Counted from the first letter of the whole stretch, positions 11,411 to 23,789 are shown. The stretch is 55,668 nucleotides of DNA, filler included, from Sphacelaria rigidula (GCA_964200075.2; 6 parts of 6 records of this genome joined end to end with filler, not necessarily neighbours in it); one strand, 5' to 3'. The notes: generated by a model from the sequence alone, not told the origin. A program made the numbers and translations.

Positions 11411-12489
11411 TGGGTGGGTGGGTGGGTGTTGTGCGTTGTGTGTTGTGTGTTGTCATCCCATCTATTCTGGACCCCAGTCTACACCTTTAGGTATATGTGG
11501 GCGCATCAGCCGAGGTCACACAGGGAAAAGACCAACACAGGAGCTTTTTTTTTATTTTGTTTTGGTATTCCACCGTCCTTCTACGGTACTCGCCTTTTTT
11601 TTCTTTCATCGCGAGAGGGGTTCAACATTCCAAGGTTGTGTTCTGGAGGATATGGTTTTCTGTGTACCCGGGGTATATTCCCGGGTATTTACCGTACCCG
11701 ACACTTTTCATACCGGTACCCGACAGCTCTGTAAAGTCTGGAAGACTTTCATACCCTTACCCGATAATTCTATGAGTTCTGTAAGCCTCCCGTACCGTTA
11801 CCGGGGGGCACGGATATGCTCTTGATAAGATACCCGGTTGCGGGTATGGTTTTCTGTGCAGCCTTCAAACCCTGCCCGACAGTTTCTGTGAGTTTTGTAC
11901 GCCTCCCACACCCTTGCCCGACAGTTCTGTGAGTTCTGTACATGATGTATGCCCGTACCCAAAGCCCGGGTGTGGTCTTGAAGAAATACCCGATTGCCGG
12001 TAAAGTTTTCTGTAAGCCTCCCGTACCGTACCCGACAAGTTCGGTGAATTCGGTACGTAATGTATACCCGTACCCGGAGCGCGGGTGTGGTCTTGAAGAA
12101 ATACCCGATTGGCGGTAAGGTTTCCTGTAAGCCTCCCGTACCGTACCCGACAAGTTCTGAAATTTCTGTCAGACTTTCAAAGTGGTACCGGACAGTTGTG
12201 TAATTTCTGTAAGACTTTGATATAAGTACCCGACAATCCTGTAAGTTCTGTAAGGAATCCGATACCCTACAGAACATACCCGTACCCTACAAAACACAAA
12301 CCTTGCAACATTCCCTTTCCATCGTCAACCATTTAGGTTGAATATTGTGTATCCACGCCAAAGTCGCTCTGTTGGGCATTTTGTGATGAAAAATTCCGAG
12401 ATCGCGAGACTGCACCGAGATTCGAACCCACGACCCAGCCGTCAAGAGGTTTCGAGGTGTTTCAATTGAGCCACGGGGGCGATTGGCAG
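11411..12489 (-). mobile_element. tRNA-derived SINE (copy 1), split by a nested hAT MITE
   Basis: Minus-strand head GCCAATCGCCCCCGTGGCTCAATTG...GGGTTCGAATCTC has A/B boxes. The body is colinear with 25890-26254 once 11631-12313 is removed. Simple (ACAAC)n-like tail. TSD TAGGCCGG at 11403-11410 and 12490-12497. Confidence 0.85.
11631..12305. mobile_element. hAT-like MITE (675 bp) nested in the SINE; internal TACCCG/TTCTGT motifs and a ~118-bp tandem duplication
   Basis: Exact 8-bp TSD CAACATTC (11623-11630, 12306-12313). TIRs CAAGGTTGTGTTCTG / CAAAACACAAACCTTG. Confidence 0.88.
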
Positions 12490-12579
12490 TAGGCCGGCGC
12501 CACAAAAGTTTGCCATCGCTGACTAACCTTGCTCTCTTGGCACTCGTGTGCGTGTGCGTCCCGCGTGATGGATCATTGG

Positions 12580-12709
12580 TCAGGCGGCCTCTTCGTGGTC
12601 GGTAGCAAAGATGATTCTAGCGCCGGGACCGATAGTAGGGATCATCTCCATGGTTGCTCTCAAGTGCTCATCTAGTTCCACCAAGATCGGCAACGGCAAG
12701 GGGTGAAGT
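12580..12709 (-). CDS. Candidate distal/alternative last exon of the SEC63 gene (LHPLPLPILVELDEHLRATMEMIPTIGPGARIIFATDHEEAA*)
   Basis: Pyrimidine-rich tract ending CCCTGCAG precedes it. Its phase (1 + 129 nt) fits the possible AG|GTGAGA donor at 18949/18948. No homology evidence. Confidence 0.25.
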
Positions 12710-12901
12710 CTGCAGGGTGAGAGCCGAATCGACAGGGAAATACATGGGTAGGGAGGGGCTCGTTCTTTTTTTAACGATAACAATTTCCATCCTTTTTGTT
12801 TCCCCAGTGTGCTCGTTGGCCTTGACTGTTGTGGATGGACACGGAGTGCAGAAAAATCGTGGGAAAATAAAAAGAAACGTCAGAAATGCACAAGATGGGA
12901 T

Positions 12902-12970
12902 GGGGGCGTACTCATTTGTTGCTTGCCTTAGTCGTTTGACCATTGTCCACGCATCCCTTTCGAGACGGAG
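12902..12970 (+). repeat. Short (~65-70 bp) dispersed repeat GGGGGCGTACTCATTTGTTGCTTGCCTTAGTCGTTTGACCATTGACCACGCATCCCTTTCGAG
   Basis: Copies at ~12902, 14217, 14348 and 18381 (plus) and ~20510-20540, 20612-20660 and 27725-27785 (minus). Usually flanked by G-runs. Confidence 0.85.
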
Positions 12971-15339
12971 CACAAGATGGGATGGGGGGGGGGGGGGGGC
13001 TTTGTGTCTGAACCTTGGAAATAAGAAGCAGGCGTGCAAGAAGAATCGAGAGGAATGAGCTGGAAACAATAATTACGTGTCCTCATTTTGCAACTACGAT
13101 GAAGCGGTCGATGCCGTGGAGAGCTCCTCTGATGTTGCTTTTTGGGCGGAAATGCTTGATTTCCTGTACAAAGGATGCACGCTTTCCATTTTACCTCGGA
13201 TTCCTGGTTAAAGCGGCGTTAAACTTCCGAAAAAGCTTCGCATGAAGGGATGCTGCTGAGCGAGGTGAGCGTGCGATGCTGGCTGGACGTTCCCTTTTTG
13301 GTTTGCGCCATGCTCTAACATTGTTTTTACGAACGGCCCTCATATCTGGGAAGCGAATTATGCTGCCACGTGTTGAAAAAAGTTGAGTGGAGAGAGTGAT
13401 GAAGAGAAATGACGTGGAACATATGCCGGGAGCGCCTGCCCGAGGTGACGTGTGTGCGCATATTGATAGGCGGTAGATACGTGTCTGTTGCTGTATATAC
13501 CTAGGTGCTAGGTTCAAGCTATAAAATGGTATTGAGCGTGATGTATATTTGAACGTTTTTGCGTGAATTGCTGCCATGAGAACAGAGACGCACCTGTCGT
13601 ATTCCCGTCGATCGAGTAGAGTAGCGTCAGAAATCTGCGTGTTTTTGTTGAACGACGTTCCCAAACGTTGGTTCATGTGTTCTTGGTAGATGTGTTCAAG
13701 AAGAGTTTTGTTTTTGTTCTATTGTATCGTGTTCTGTTTTCATTTCGTCGTCTTTCTCCTTCTTGTCGAGTTTCCGTTCAGCGAGTGTTTGTGTTTTTAT
13801 TTTACTTCGTGGGGTAGGTCTACGTCGTACAGTAACCACGGGTAGATTCTTGGGGGGTTCGATGGATTGACGAAGCTTGTGCTCTCTCGGCTCCCGCGAT
13901 CTGGATCCAAGAGGTGTTACACATGTTTGAGATACCGTAAGAGACGGCTGTCGGCCCCGTGATATCACGGAAGGACGCACTCACCCTGTGTATTGCAAAG
14001 TAATCCGTTTTTACAATATCGAAGAGCGTCAAACGGGGGGAGGGGGTGACGGGGATGATCTTGCATGCCGTAGTCATAAGACCATTGACCGCGCACCCCT
14101 ATAAAGCCGGGACAGAGCACGGTGGGTTTTCGCCGGACCAGGAGAAGGCGGGGGGGAGGGAGGGGGGGGGGGGGGGCGGGCTCCTTAGGTGTGTGGCGTG
14201 GACGGTNNNNNNNNNNGGGGCGTACTCATCTGTTGCTTGCCTTAGTCGTTTGACCATTGACCACGCATCCCTTTCGAGGGAGGGGGGGGCGTGAGCTTTG
14301 ATAGTACGTAGAGGTGTACTCATGATCTTGCCTTCGGTGGTCATAGCTGGGGGGCGTATTCATTTGTTGCTTACCTTAGTCGTTGGACCACTGACCACGC
14401 ATCCCTTTCGAGACGCAGCACCGTTCCTACTCCTGATAGAGCCACCTCCAACATTCCGGCGCTCATTACGTTTCTTCCATAGCTGGGGGGGGGGTCAGGG
14501 AGTCCTAGGATTTCGACCGGTGTTCAGTTTCCATAATGAGATGACGTAGGGGTTCGGGTAATGGAACTCATTGCTGAAGTACGGTTTTGTCTCCTCGGCA
14601 AAAGTATGCCGCTGCAGACTGCGGGTAAGATGTGATGAGTCCCGTGGGATACTATAAAATGTACGCTGCATTGAAGATCTTTTCACGAGACAAGAGTACG
14701 CCATGGAATACGTCGGTTGAAACGCACCGCATGATCTCGCATTATATACCGTGTCACGGAGGAACATGTTCGTTCAGGTGTGACATCGAGAACGCGAAGA
14801 ATTGAAGCGCAGCGGGATGTGTGCGCTTTACGGGTCGAGACAGAAGGTTCACAGATGGTGTAGGCAGGCGAAGTCGGAAAATGAGCGCGGAATAGAGCGG
14901 ATTGGACCTATCTCTTGTGAAGCAGAAGCTGGAGGAGGACATATGGGCGTAGGGTAACGTGGCGCGGGACAATGCGTAGAATGGGGTACGCAACATGCTG
15001 TTTTGTATATATACGTCTTGATAATGAATTTTCCGAATTCATGAGAGGAGCTAATCTTCACTTTTTAGCGGGCTTTATGAAAAGGTGGATATTGAGCATC
15101 TGTAATGGACTTGGTGCGCAGGACGTTCGACCGGTCTTGAGAGGAAAGTCCAGGGTAACGTTCCGGTGTTTCACTGTTTGATTGGGCCCAAGCATCATGA
15201 GTATGGCAAGGCTCGTTTCCACTACTGCTGCGACGTACCCAGACAAAATTTTATCTGCCTATTCTTCCGAAACCTTATCTCCGCGGCGGGCTGTGCCGGC
15301 ACACCTTGCGCATGCTTTGATGTTGCACTGCATGAATGC

Positions 15340-15736
15340 TAGAGCTCGGAAATGGTACCAGTTATAACTGGACGTTATCATTATAATGGTGATAATGGTA
15401 ATGGTTATCTGGAAATTTTGGATAATGGTTTCAAACCGTTATTTACCGTTACCGGCTACGTATGCTACATGCAGCCCTTGAAAATTGGCCCAAATTCAAC
15501 ATTTTTCTTAGCTCTAGTGAAGCCAAATCACGTAAAAACGTGCCTCCTGCATGGCGCCTTCAGAGGGGCCTTCCGGGGGCGCCTCCAGAGGGGTCCCCTC
15601 TGCCGAGGAAGGCTTTTTGGTTCACGGCTGCGCCGCTCCATGACCAAACCATTATGTACAATTTAACTGGTTAATGAATGCGCTGTGCGTAACAATTAGA
15701 CTGGTTAATGGTGAGACCAACCATTTCCGAGCTCTA
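15340..15736. mobile_element. hAT-like MITE (397 bp)
   Basis: Perfect 17-bp TIR TAGAGCTCGGAAATGGT / ACCATTTCCGAGCTCTA. 8-bp TSD ATGAATGC / ATTAATGC (1 mismatch). Related right half at ~23125-23393. Confidence 0.85.
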
Positions 15737-16279
15737 ATTAATGCCGTACTGCTTCGACTCTACTGCACTACTCGTGCAGCTTTACTGCATGCCACTACAA
15801 ACGCAATGCGAATGGTAGCGCAGCTCCCTGTTTTCACCAACAACACAGCTGAATGTGACTAGAAGACAACCATCAACAGCACGAACAGTCTATGTCTGTG
15901 TGTCATCCCGATCGCCTGCAGACAGCAGTATCCGCAGTGGTTGTCTCTGAGTGTGTAGTATTCTACCACGTACGGTACAGTGGTACGCGCAGCTACATGA
16001 CAACTCAGGAGGCAAGGTAGCAGCAGAGCCTCTATAAGAAGGCGAATGCACAGGAGTTCATCGTCAAATAACCACGAGCTGGGCCAGCCGTAAAACGTAC
16101 AACGCACATCACAAACAACTTCCAAAGCTTCCGGCATCAGCCCGATCCTAGTAAGCATATCGATGTGAACTGCAGGCCAACCTGGTCGTGCAAGCTCTGC
16201 CGCTAGAAAAAAAAATGAAGAAGAATGTACTGCAACATGTATATTACCTTTACGACGGAAGCAGATTTTGCGAAATAAA

Positions 16280-16352
16280 AGAGGGTATGTCGGGATTCGA
16301 ACTCGTAACCTCCATGACTGGAGTCTCCTGCATCACTTGGGTTACAGGGGCG
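16280..16352 (-). mobile_element. Decayed tRNA-derived SINE head
   Basis: Minus-strand B-box-like GAGTTCGAATCCC and a GCGCCCCTGTAACCCAAGTG 5' end resembling the other SINE heads. Confidence 0.4.
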
Positions 16353-16698
16353 CAGCGGTGTCACACAAAAAGTGCTAGGCTGGGCCCCCGATTGTGGGAC
16401 TTTTTGGCCGATTTTTCGTTAGAATCTCCTGCACGTACACACGTACAATATTTCTAGGCTTTACCTTCATATGCGCGCATACAGTTTACCGTATTTTCTT
16501 TTGGCTTAAATAGGTCTTTTTATCGCAACGCTTGTAATTAGCTTCAGGCTTCAATGCTTCAAACTTCCATGGTCGTGTTCCGTGTTCCTTTTTGTTGCGG
16601 GCCTGATCAGCAAAACGTTCGACTGCATGTTCTATATACGTGGTACTATGTTTTAGAAAATGTGACCGAGACTAGCACACTTGTACAGCGTACAGCTA

Positions 16699-16955
16699 GA
16701 GCAATGGTACGGTAGGGGTGCACTTTTTACGCGAAATCTCGTCCGGTTCAGGGGCTCCTAACGGTTCTAGATACACAAGAATATGGGTCAGGACATCCCC
16801 GTTTGCAAATTCATTCGGGATATCCCCAGCACATTGGAATAGTAATCCGGGCGCTCTCCCACATATTTTCATATGTCGTGTATTGCATGAGATAAAGAGC
16901 TCCTAACAATTCTAACCTCAGAAAATATGTGTGCACCCCTACCGTAGCACCACTC
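16699..16955. mobile_element. MITE family B (257 bp; GAG...CTC ends, 4-bp TSD; Sola-like geometry)
   Basis: TIRs GAGCAATGGTACGGTAGGGGTGCAC / GTGCACCCCTACCGTAGCACCACTC. TSD GCTA on both sides. Second copy at 24591-25060. Confidence 0.82.
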
Positions 16956-17032
16956 GCTACAGTATAGCAGCAGCAACAGTGAAAACTTATGAAACGTGAT
17001 AGCAGCGGTGGAGGAGTCAACAGTGTGTTGAA

Positions 17033-17323
17033 GAAGCGAACAGTTTACCCATTGAACTCGTGACCGCTCACTGGTTCAACGGGTAAACTATTCGCTTCCT
17101 GAACAAAATATAAGCCGTTCGAGTCCCGGCATGATCGATTGTGGAAGGAACGAGTTTGACATGTGGACAGTGAGGCTTGCGAGGCGTACGGGGCCCCGGA
17201 GATCACTGACGTGCCATGCCGGGATGGACCACACAACACATATATTTTGTTCATGAAAGCGAACAGTTCACCCATTGAACTAGTGAGCGCTCACGGGTTC
17301 AATGGGTAAAGTGTTCGCTTCCT
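17033..17323. repeat. Compound inverted repeat: two ~65-bp palindromes bracketing a ~155-bp spacer
   Basis: AAGCGAACAGTTTACCCATTGAAC...GTTCAACGGGTAAACTATTCGCTT (17034-17097) and AAGCGAACAGTTCACCCATTGAAC...GTTCAATGGGTAAAGTGTTCGCTT (17257-17320). The inner flanks GAACAAAATATA / TATATTTTGTTC are also inverted. Confidence 0.85.
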
Positions 17324-18944
17324 ATACACAGTGCAGGCACTATGGCAGAACCGAAAGAAGTTGAGATGCCTGAGGTGCGAACTTCGGAGCCTCTGCCGCA
17401 CGACGCTGCGGAGGCCACCCTCGAGGCGAAAGCGGCAGGAGGAGAAGACGCTCGGATCATGTTCGCGAGGGGCCAAAGGCTGCAATGCCCTGCGGCCGGA
17501 AGATACACTGCCCTACCGCTGTATCATGTATCATGAGTGTACTGGCATTGTTGCGTCGGTACGTAGGTTGGGTGAAGGTGTGCAGGTTGTAGCCTTCAAA
17601 TTCCATGACTTGAGAAAAACGTTACTTTTCGATCAAAAATGAACATAAACACTCCGAATGCCCAACTTGTCTTCTTGTCCCCACCCTTAAAGGCGCGCCT
17701 CGTGAGGGGATACTGCCACAACGCCACAACAAGGACGGGAATAAGGCGTAAAAAGCTCGCTAATTTGCGCTCAAAAAGCTTAAAGTGAGGCTTGGAAAAA
17801 AAAACTTGATCCAAATAGTTAGAGGATTAATTCCAAGAACAAAGCGCGCACACGGAGCTAAAGCCTGAACATTTCTGGGAATGCTGCCGTTTTTTGTTGT
17901 TTTTCACGGAGATACGACATTTTTCCAGCTTTTGCTGAAATTTCAAATCGCTTCATCTTTCTGTTTTTCTTTTTCTTGGCATCCCGACAAATGTTGCGCG
18001 TGTTGATGATAAAAATGTCGTGTCAAAATTTCAGCGCCTAACTCCTCGGATATAGCACCGCCGGACTCGAAAACATTCAAGAACCACTGCTAGCTCGTAT
18101 AAATTTTGACGAACTCTGGATGTAAATATGACTTTGTCCTGACCCCCACCACAGGAATACCGACAATCCTCGGGAATAGGTCATACATATATATGGTGTC
18201 CGAGGTAAAGTGTGCGTAGACTCGTAGGCGTCGATTGAAGGGAAAATGTTTGTTGCCCACGATATGAGCACTCGGGGCTATAAGCCCGCCGCAAGGGTTA
18301 ACCCCCAGACCAGGGAGCCTAACCTCGGAACGGTTCCGCCGGCTGGCAGCGTATAGACACATCCAGGGGAAGCGCGGGAGGGGGGTTCGTACTCGTTCAC
18401 TGCTTGTCTCAGTCGTTTGACTATTGACCGCGCATCCCGAGTCATCCTACGATAGGGGGGGGGGTATTTTGAGCCATTTTTTGCTCGAAANNNNNNNNNN
18501 NNNNNNNNNNNNNNNNNNNNNNNNNNNNNNNNNNTTAATTAATTAANNNNNNNNNNNNNNNNNNNNNNNNNNNNNNNNNNNNNNNNNNNNATCCAGGTAC
18601 ACGCAGCCCAGACACGTGGAATGGCGCAAAAGTTGCGTGGATACCCCTTGGACCAGCGGTCAACTTTTCTTCTCCCTTTTGGGCAACCAGGCCGAAGAAA
18701 TCGTGGATTTTGATGATTCGAACCCGTGATGATTCGTCCCAACCGTGAATCTATTACTCTCCTCCCGTTGTCGTGTTGCGTCAACACAAACGGTAAGAAC
18801 ATAATCCAGAGTTCTTGGGCCAAAACGAAAACAGAAGAGATATCAGGAGACGCAGTAAAACTTGCGAATCACATGGTTGACAAAAAAAAAAAAACTTCGA
18901 AAGTGCATAGTAACGGCCTCTTCACCACACCTTGTTGTATGTTC

Positions 18945-19055
18945 TCACCTATCAGATTCATCATCCGAGCTGCTGCTGCCGCTGCTGCCGCTGCTGCTGC
19001 TGCTGTCACTGTCGTCACGATCTCCGTTTCCAATCCTTTTTGTCGGCTCATCACC
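18945..19055 (-). CDS. SEC63: SEC63-type gene, last exon (acidic/Ser tail GDEPTKRIGNGDRDDSDSSSSGSSGSSSSDDESDR*)
   Basis: CTTAG acceptor, phase 0, TGA at 18945-18947. An acidic C-terminal tail is typical of Sec63. Confidence 0.8.
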   Translation of the reverse strand, partial: GDEPTKRIGNGDRDDSDSSSSSGSSGSSSSDDESDR

Positions 19056-20000
19056 CTAAGGGAAGGTGAAAATAAAATAAAAATACCAACTTTTTGTTAG
19101 TTCCGAAAAACAGAGGAGCACCAATACAAGCGTTTGGCCGCGGGGCAGTCCGTTTTGAATCGACAACTCGGTGTGTCGATTTTTGTAATATGCTGCTCCT
19201 AACGTGAAGATATCAAACTATTTGTGGGCACAAGGGAAAATCTTGCAACTGCCTTGAAAAAAAAAAATGAAGAAAAATTGAAAAGACAGAGTAATATTCG
19301 AAACACGACGAAATGGGTGTATATTCTGACCAGACAACATTCCAAAATTATTTCCAGTAAAACAAAAACTCTTTGACAACAATATGCCCCAAAACCGACT
19401 CAAATCAATGTTAAGGGAAGAAATGGTCGGCTGGTGGGCGGAATACATCACACGCCCAGGTATGACATACAAAGGAGTGATGATCCAGTCATTTCCGCTA
19501 CTCCACACACAGCCGGTATCGGACATCAGGTTTTCGCTTCAGAGCTCACAAGTAAAATAGACACGATTTTGAACAATCGCGTCGATGTTCTATCCTTGAG
19601 CATCGTTCTTTACACGCAAAATGAGAACGTTACTGTACAATACTACTGAAAATATATATGCACAAAAGGTCACGTGAACTTTGCTCAAGGATAGAACTTT
19701 CGGACTAATAATGATCCACGAGTCAACACAAGATAAGCATACGCGGACGAAATAAATACGATCATCTTGGGAAAGCGATACATATCTCCCAAGATGACAA
19801 GCAAACACACAAAACACAACATCACGCCTTGGAGTATAGATGACATCGTCAAAGAATATTAAAAAAATTAAAAGTGTACTGCGGACAGCATCGACTATTG
19901 CGCCTGTTGCAATAGAGAACATATATTCCATACTATATAAATATGCAGGACACTTTTTCGACAATGTGTGCACAAAATACACATGCAGGCGACATCATAC

Positions 20001-20231
20001 CTCGTCCTCGCTGTCTGTCTCGTCGTCGTACGCCTGCATCACTTGCTCGAACAGGGTCGGCTCGTTGTCGAGCTCCACATCGTCCGGGTGGGGCTCGTAC
20101 TGTGGAAGAGTGTCGGCGCTGATGACCTCAAACTGTACAGCCTTTCTCTGGTCAAGGCCGATATAGCTATCGCTTTTCACGAAGACGTCCAGCTTAACCG
20201 TGCCGGGCTTGTTGGGGGCCATCATTTTCAC
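20001..20231 (-). CDS. SEC63: SEC63-type exon (VKMMAPNKPGTVKLDVFVKSDSYIGLDQ...PHPDDVELDNEPTLFEQVMQAYDDETDSEDE)
   Basis: SDSYIGLD motif closing the Sec63/Brl Ig-like subdomain. AAG acceptor, GTATGA donor, 231 nt, phase 0. Confidence 0.9.
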
Positions 20232-20662
20232 CTTCCGAGATGGTTTGAGTTTTTTTTTCAATATATTTTTGGGAAAGGGGGAAAGAGGGCGAAGGTGAGC
20301 ATGCGATTGATTGACTTTGATTGTCGCCTTCATGTTTTGAACAAGGCCAACAGATGGACGACATTCCGTATTTCACTATCCAGTTGTCGAGTAAGCATAA
20401 TGAGGAGTCTATATATAGACATAAAAAGCACACGTCTGCTTTACTCGTGTCCACCCACCCCCTCTCACACACATCAATTCTAAACAGTTGGTGGGGGCGT
20501 TCTCACTCATTAAATGACTACAGCAAGCAACAAATGAGTACACTCTCACACCCTCCATTACTATTAGGAGCAGGAACGCGCTCAGCCCCTCGAGTGTCGA
20601 CATGGAGGCGACGTCAATGGTGAAATGACGAAGGCAAGCAACAATATGGGTACCCCCCCCAC

Positions 20663-20896
20663 CTCCTTGGATACGACTCTGCCGCCGTCCGTGATGCGCT
20701 CGAAGCTGAAGATTGTCTTGCGCGACAGGTCTCCCACCAGCACCCACCACCCCTCGTCCCCGAACAGGGGGTACTCTGGCGCGTACACGGCCGGAGCCTT
20801 CCCCCCCTCCGGCACGTTGTTGCGCGTGAGGGTGACCTTGATGGTCACCAGGTCATTCTCCGCGATCTCCTCCTCGTCCTCCACGAAGATATCTAC
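20663..20896 (-). CDS. SEC63: SEC63-type exon (VDIFVEDEEEIAENDLVTIKVTLTR...VYAPEYPLFGDEGWWVLVGD...VVSKE)
   Basis: Sec63-domain motif vyAPxYP..kxEgWWvlvgD. ACAG acceptor, GT donor, 234 nt. Confidence 0.93.
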
Positions 20897-21990
20897 CTGT
20901 AGTGTGTTTGAGTGTGGTCGACGTCATGATGATCATCACCATCATCTATTCATGGTCATCATCTGGTCTTTCAGTATCAGTCATGAGGACCACGTTTTCG
21001 GTACAATTCGACCGACTGTGACCGCGATGTATCGGCAAGAAAATCGGTGCGGGTGTGTGCTGGGTAGGGATTTTCCTAAAAAAAGATAGTTTGAAAAAGT
21101 GTACCCTCGAGGAACCAAGACTCGGGTAGAGTACTGAGATCGTACTCATCAACACTCAGATATTGGGTAGAGTATTGCGATCGTACCCACCTCCACCAAA
21201 CATTTGGGTAGCGTTTAGAGACCGGACCATCGCAGCACAAACTTTGGGACAGTGATTACCCGGGCTTTTACCCTACTCAACACACTCTTGAAAGGTTGGA
21301 TCTCCTGGGCATAGAGCAAGAGCTGAAAGTTCGAGCGTATGCGCACATCATCATCCATTGAATGATGACCAGTAGTATGTACTCTACAGCCCGTCACGGC
21401 CGAATTGGTGATATCAGTACCCAATTATCGGTCGAATATATCGATAACTTTCGTTGGCTGGGGGGAAAATCGCTCATCTTCGAAAGAAAAACGTGCATCC
21501 TTGAAACTTCCAGCATCGAAGAATAAGCAAAAAATAAAAGCGTACCCGTGATTCTCGCCCCGGCATTAGTCTGCATTGATGAAGCCTTCGTCGGGTAAAA
21601 AAAAACAGAACTCTCGTTTTTCCAAGCTCACCGCGGGTCATATATTTTCAAGTCGTGTTCAAAGTGGTCCTCCGAACAAGTACGCTTGTTTTGTGACATT
21701 TTGTCGGGCAATCATGAGAAGCCCACGACACCCACGCCGAGGCAACACACTTCAACCTAACTGTACCTTGAAGCACTTGGAAGATCCCGCAAAGAGGGAA
21801 AGCAAGTGAGGAAACAAAGGGTAACAAACATAAATAGTCAACTGCGTTTTGGAGTATATCTTATGGCGTTCAAGTTTTGCCTTCGTTCACCCCAATAGTA
21901 AAACATCGCACTAATAGTAGGTCAAGGGCGTGACCGTGAAAAAACACCGAGCGCCCTTCTGATGGGGAATTCTGGCGAGTATTGACTGAC

Positions 21991-22068
21991 CTTGACATCA
22001 ACATCGGGGATAATGTCACACACTTTGTGCACCTCCTCTTGTTGCTCCGCCGTCAGCTTGTCCAATCC
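21991..22068 (-). CDS. SEC63: SEC63-type exon (GLDKLTAEQQEEVHKVCDIIPDVDVK)
   Basis: GCAG acceptor, GTCAGT donor, 78 nt, phase 0. Confidence 0.88.
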
Positions 22069-22627
22069 CTGCGCACACACACGCACGTTGAAATTAAAAT
22101 ATGAAGAAAAAATAGAACGAGAACAACACAGGAGAGATAAAGAGAGAGACACACACACAATTAAAAAAAAAAACACGGGTAAGAATCTCCACGCATGCAA
22201 CTCTCTCTTTCAACGGCCAGGAGATACCATCACGACACGCGAGACGAACCCATGCGCGTACGCACGCAAACACACACACACACACACGTCAGATACAAGA
22301 GACGAAGCCGAGACGGGAATGATGTACCGTGCTGCAGTTAACAGTAAGAGAACCACGTTGTCCTGGAGGGACTCCTTGGGCACATATTCTGGATCATGAC
22401 TCCTCTGGACACACACAACATACCCTGTACCTCTTAGCTGTGTCGAAAAAAAAGGATGTACATACGTGCGATGACTCCTGGAGCGACAACTGGGATGACA
22501 AAACACAACAACACCCCCACACCATAGACCACACACACACGAGGCGCAACATGAAAACAAGGATATCGGTGCAACATCACAAGCCAACATCAAATACCCA
22601 ACACCGACACACCAATATCAAACACAC

Positions 22628-22741
22628 CTTGCGCTCCTCTCGTGACAGCTTGATGTATTGCGCGATATTCTTGACAGCGGACTTGCCTGGCACCGGTGTG
22701 CTGGTAATGGCCTTTATCTCCGCATCCCCAATGTGGGGCAA
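22628..22741 (-). CDS. SEC63: SEC63-type exon (LPHIGDAEIKAITSTPVPGKSAVKNIAQYIKLSREERK)
   Basis: Completes the SLxQ|LPH motif with the preceding exon. TAG acceptor, GTGTGT donor, 114 nt. Confidence 0.9.
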
Positions 22742-23789
22742 CTATCCATCAAACAAACACGCCACCAGAACAACATTTTCGGGTACAAAGTAGGGTTAGG
22801 GCTCGCAACAAAAAAAAGGTATGCTGTCAACCATCAACTCATTCAACCGGTTTCCGGAGATGCAGGTAGTACTCATTCGCCACGGCGCGGCACGCCCCGT
22901 GCGGCAACGCGTTTTCACTCAATTCGGCGGCTGGGGGTTAACAACGGCATACACTTTGCCTAGGTCACCTGTAAACGCATCCCCCCTTGATCGAGACTTA
23001 CAATATTTGAATACCCTTGTTGAGATTCGGGTTAGGGTTAGTGCTGAGGCGTGGTTGGGTTAGCCTGTATGGAATATCCAAAAGGTGCCTGAGATGGTAA
23101 CAGCCCTCGATTTACATGAATTTTTACGTATGGTACATACAGCCCTTGAAAATTGGCCCAAATCGAAGGTACTTTTTAGCTCTCGTGGAGCCAAATCGTG
23201 TAAGAACGTGCCTCCCACACGACGGGGCCCTCCGCGGGCGCCTGCGGCGGGGCCCCCTCTACCGGGGGGCTTCTTTGCTGGCGGCTGCTCCGCTCGATGA
23301 CCAAACCATCATGTACCATTTGACTGCTTAATGAGTACGCTACGCGTAACCATTCAACTGGTTAAGGGTTAGACAAACCATTTCCGAGCTCTACAATTCT
23401 TAGGTTTCATTCGTCACACTTTTGTGGTTCTCCATGCTAACTTTCAAATCACAATTCCAAAAATTGAGCTAAAACATCGAGATAGGACGTAAAAGCAAGG
23501 TTCATTTCTCCTCAAAACTCGACTAGAAACACACAGAAAATGAAAAAAAATAAAAAGGCTACACGCTGTTTTCATTTTATTTTATTATGCACTAGCGGTT
23601 CACCACACAAAACTTTATGGAACAACTCTCAAAAACTGAGACGCAATATCCAGATTTAGGGCATCTAGTGCCTCTGATCGTGATGTATTGATTTCAGTAT
23701 GTGAACTTATGTGCGCCATATCCCGGGATAGATAACGAAGTAGGTAAAGGTGAGGGTATCTATCGTCTCGCCTTGCTCCATAGAATGTC

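Noticed and set aside
11770..12277. Repetitive ORFs (GYGTGGLQ...)
   Set aside because: Translation of the internal tandem repeats of a non-coding MITE.
17283..17294. GTGAGCGCTCAC equals the core of the symmetric lac operator
   Set aside because: Lacks the AATT flanks and there is no vector context. It is simply the centre of a longer native palindrome.
21035..21290. Possible further hAT-like MITE (GGGTAGAGTA motifs)
   Set aside because: The termini are too decayed and no TSD could be read.
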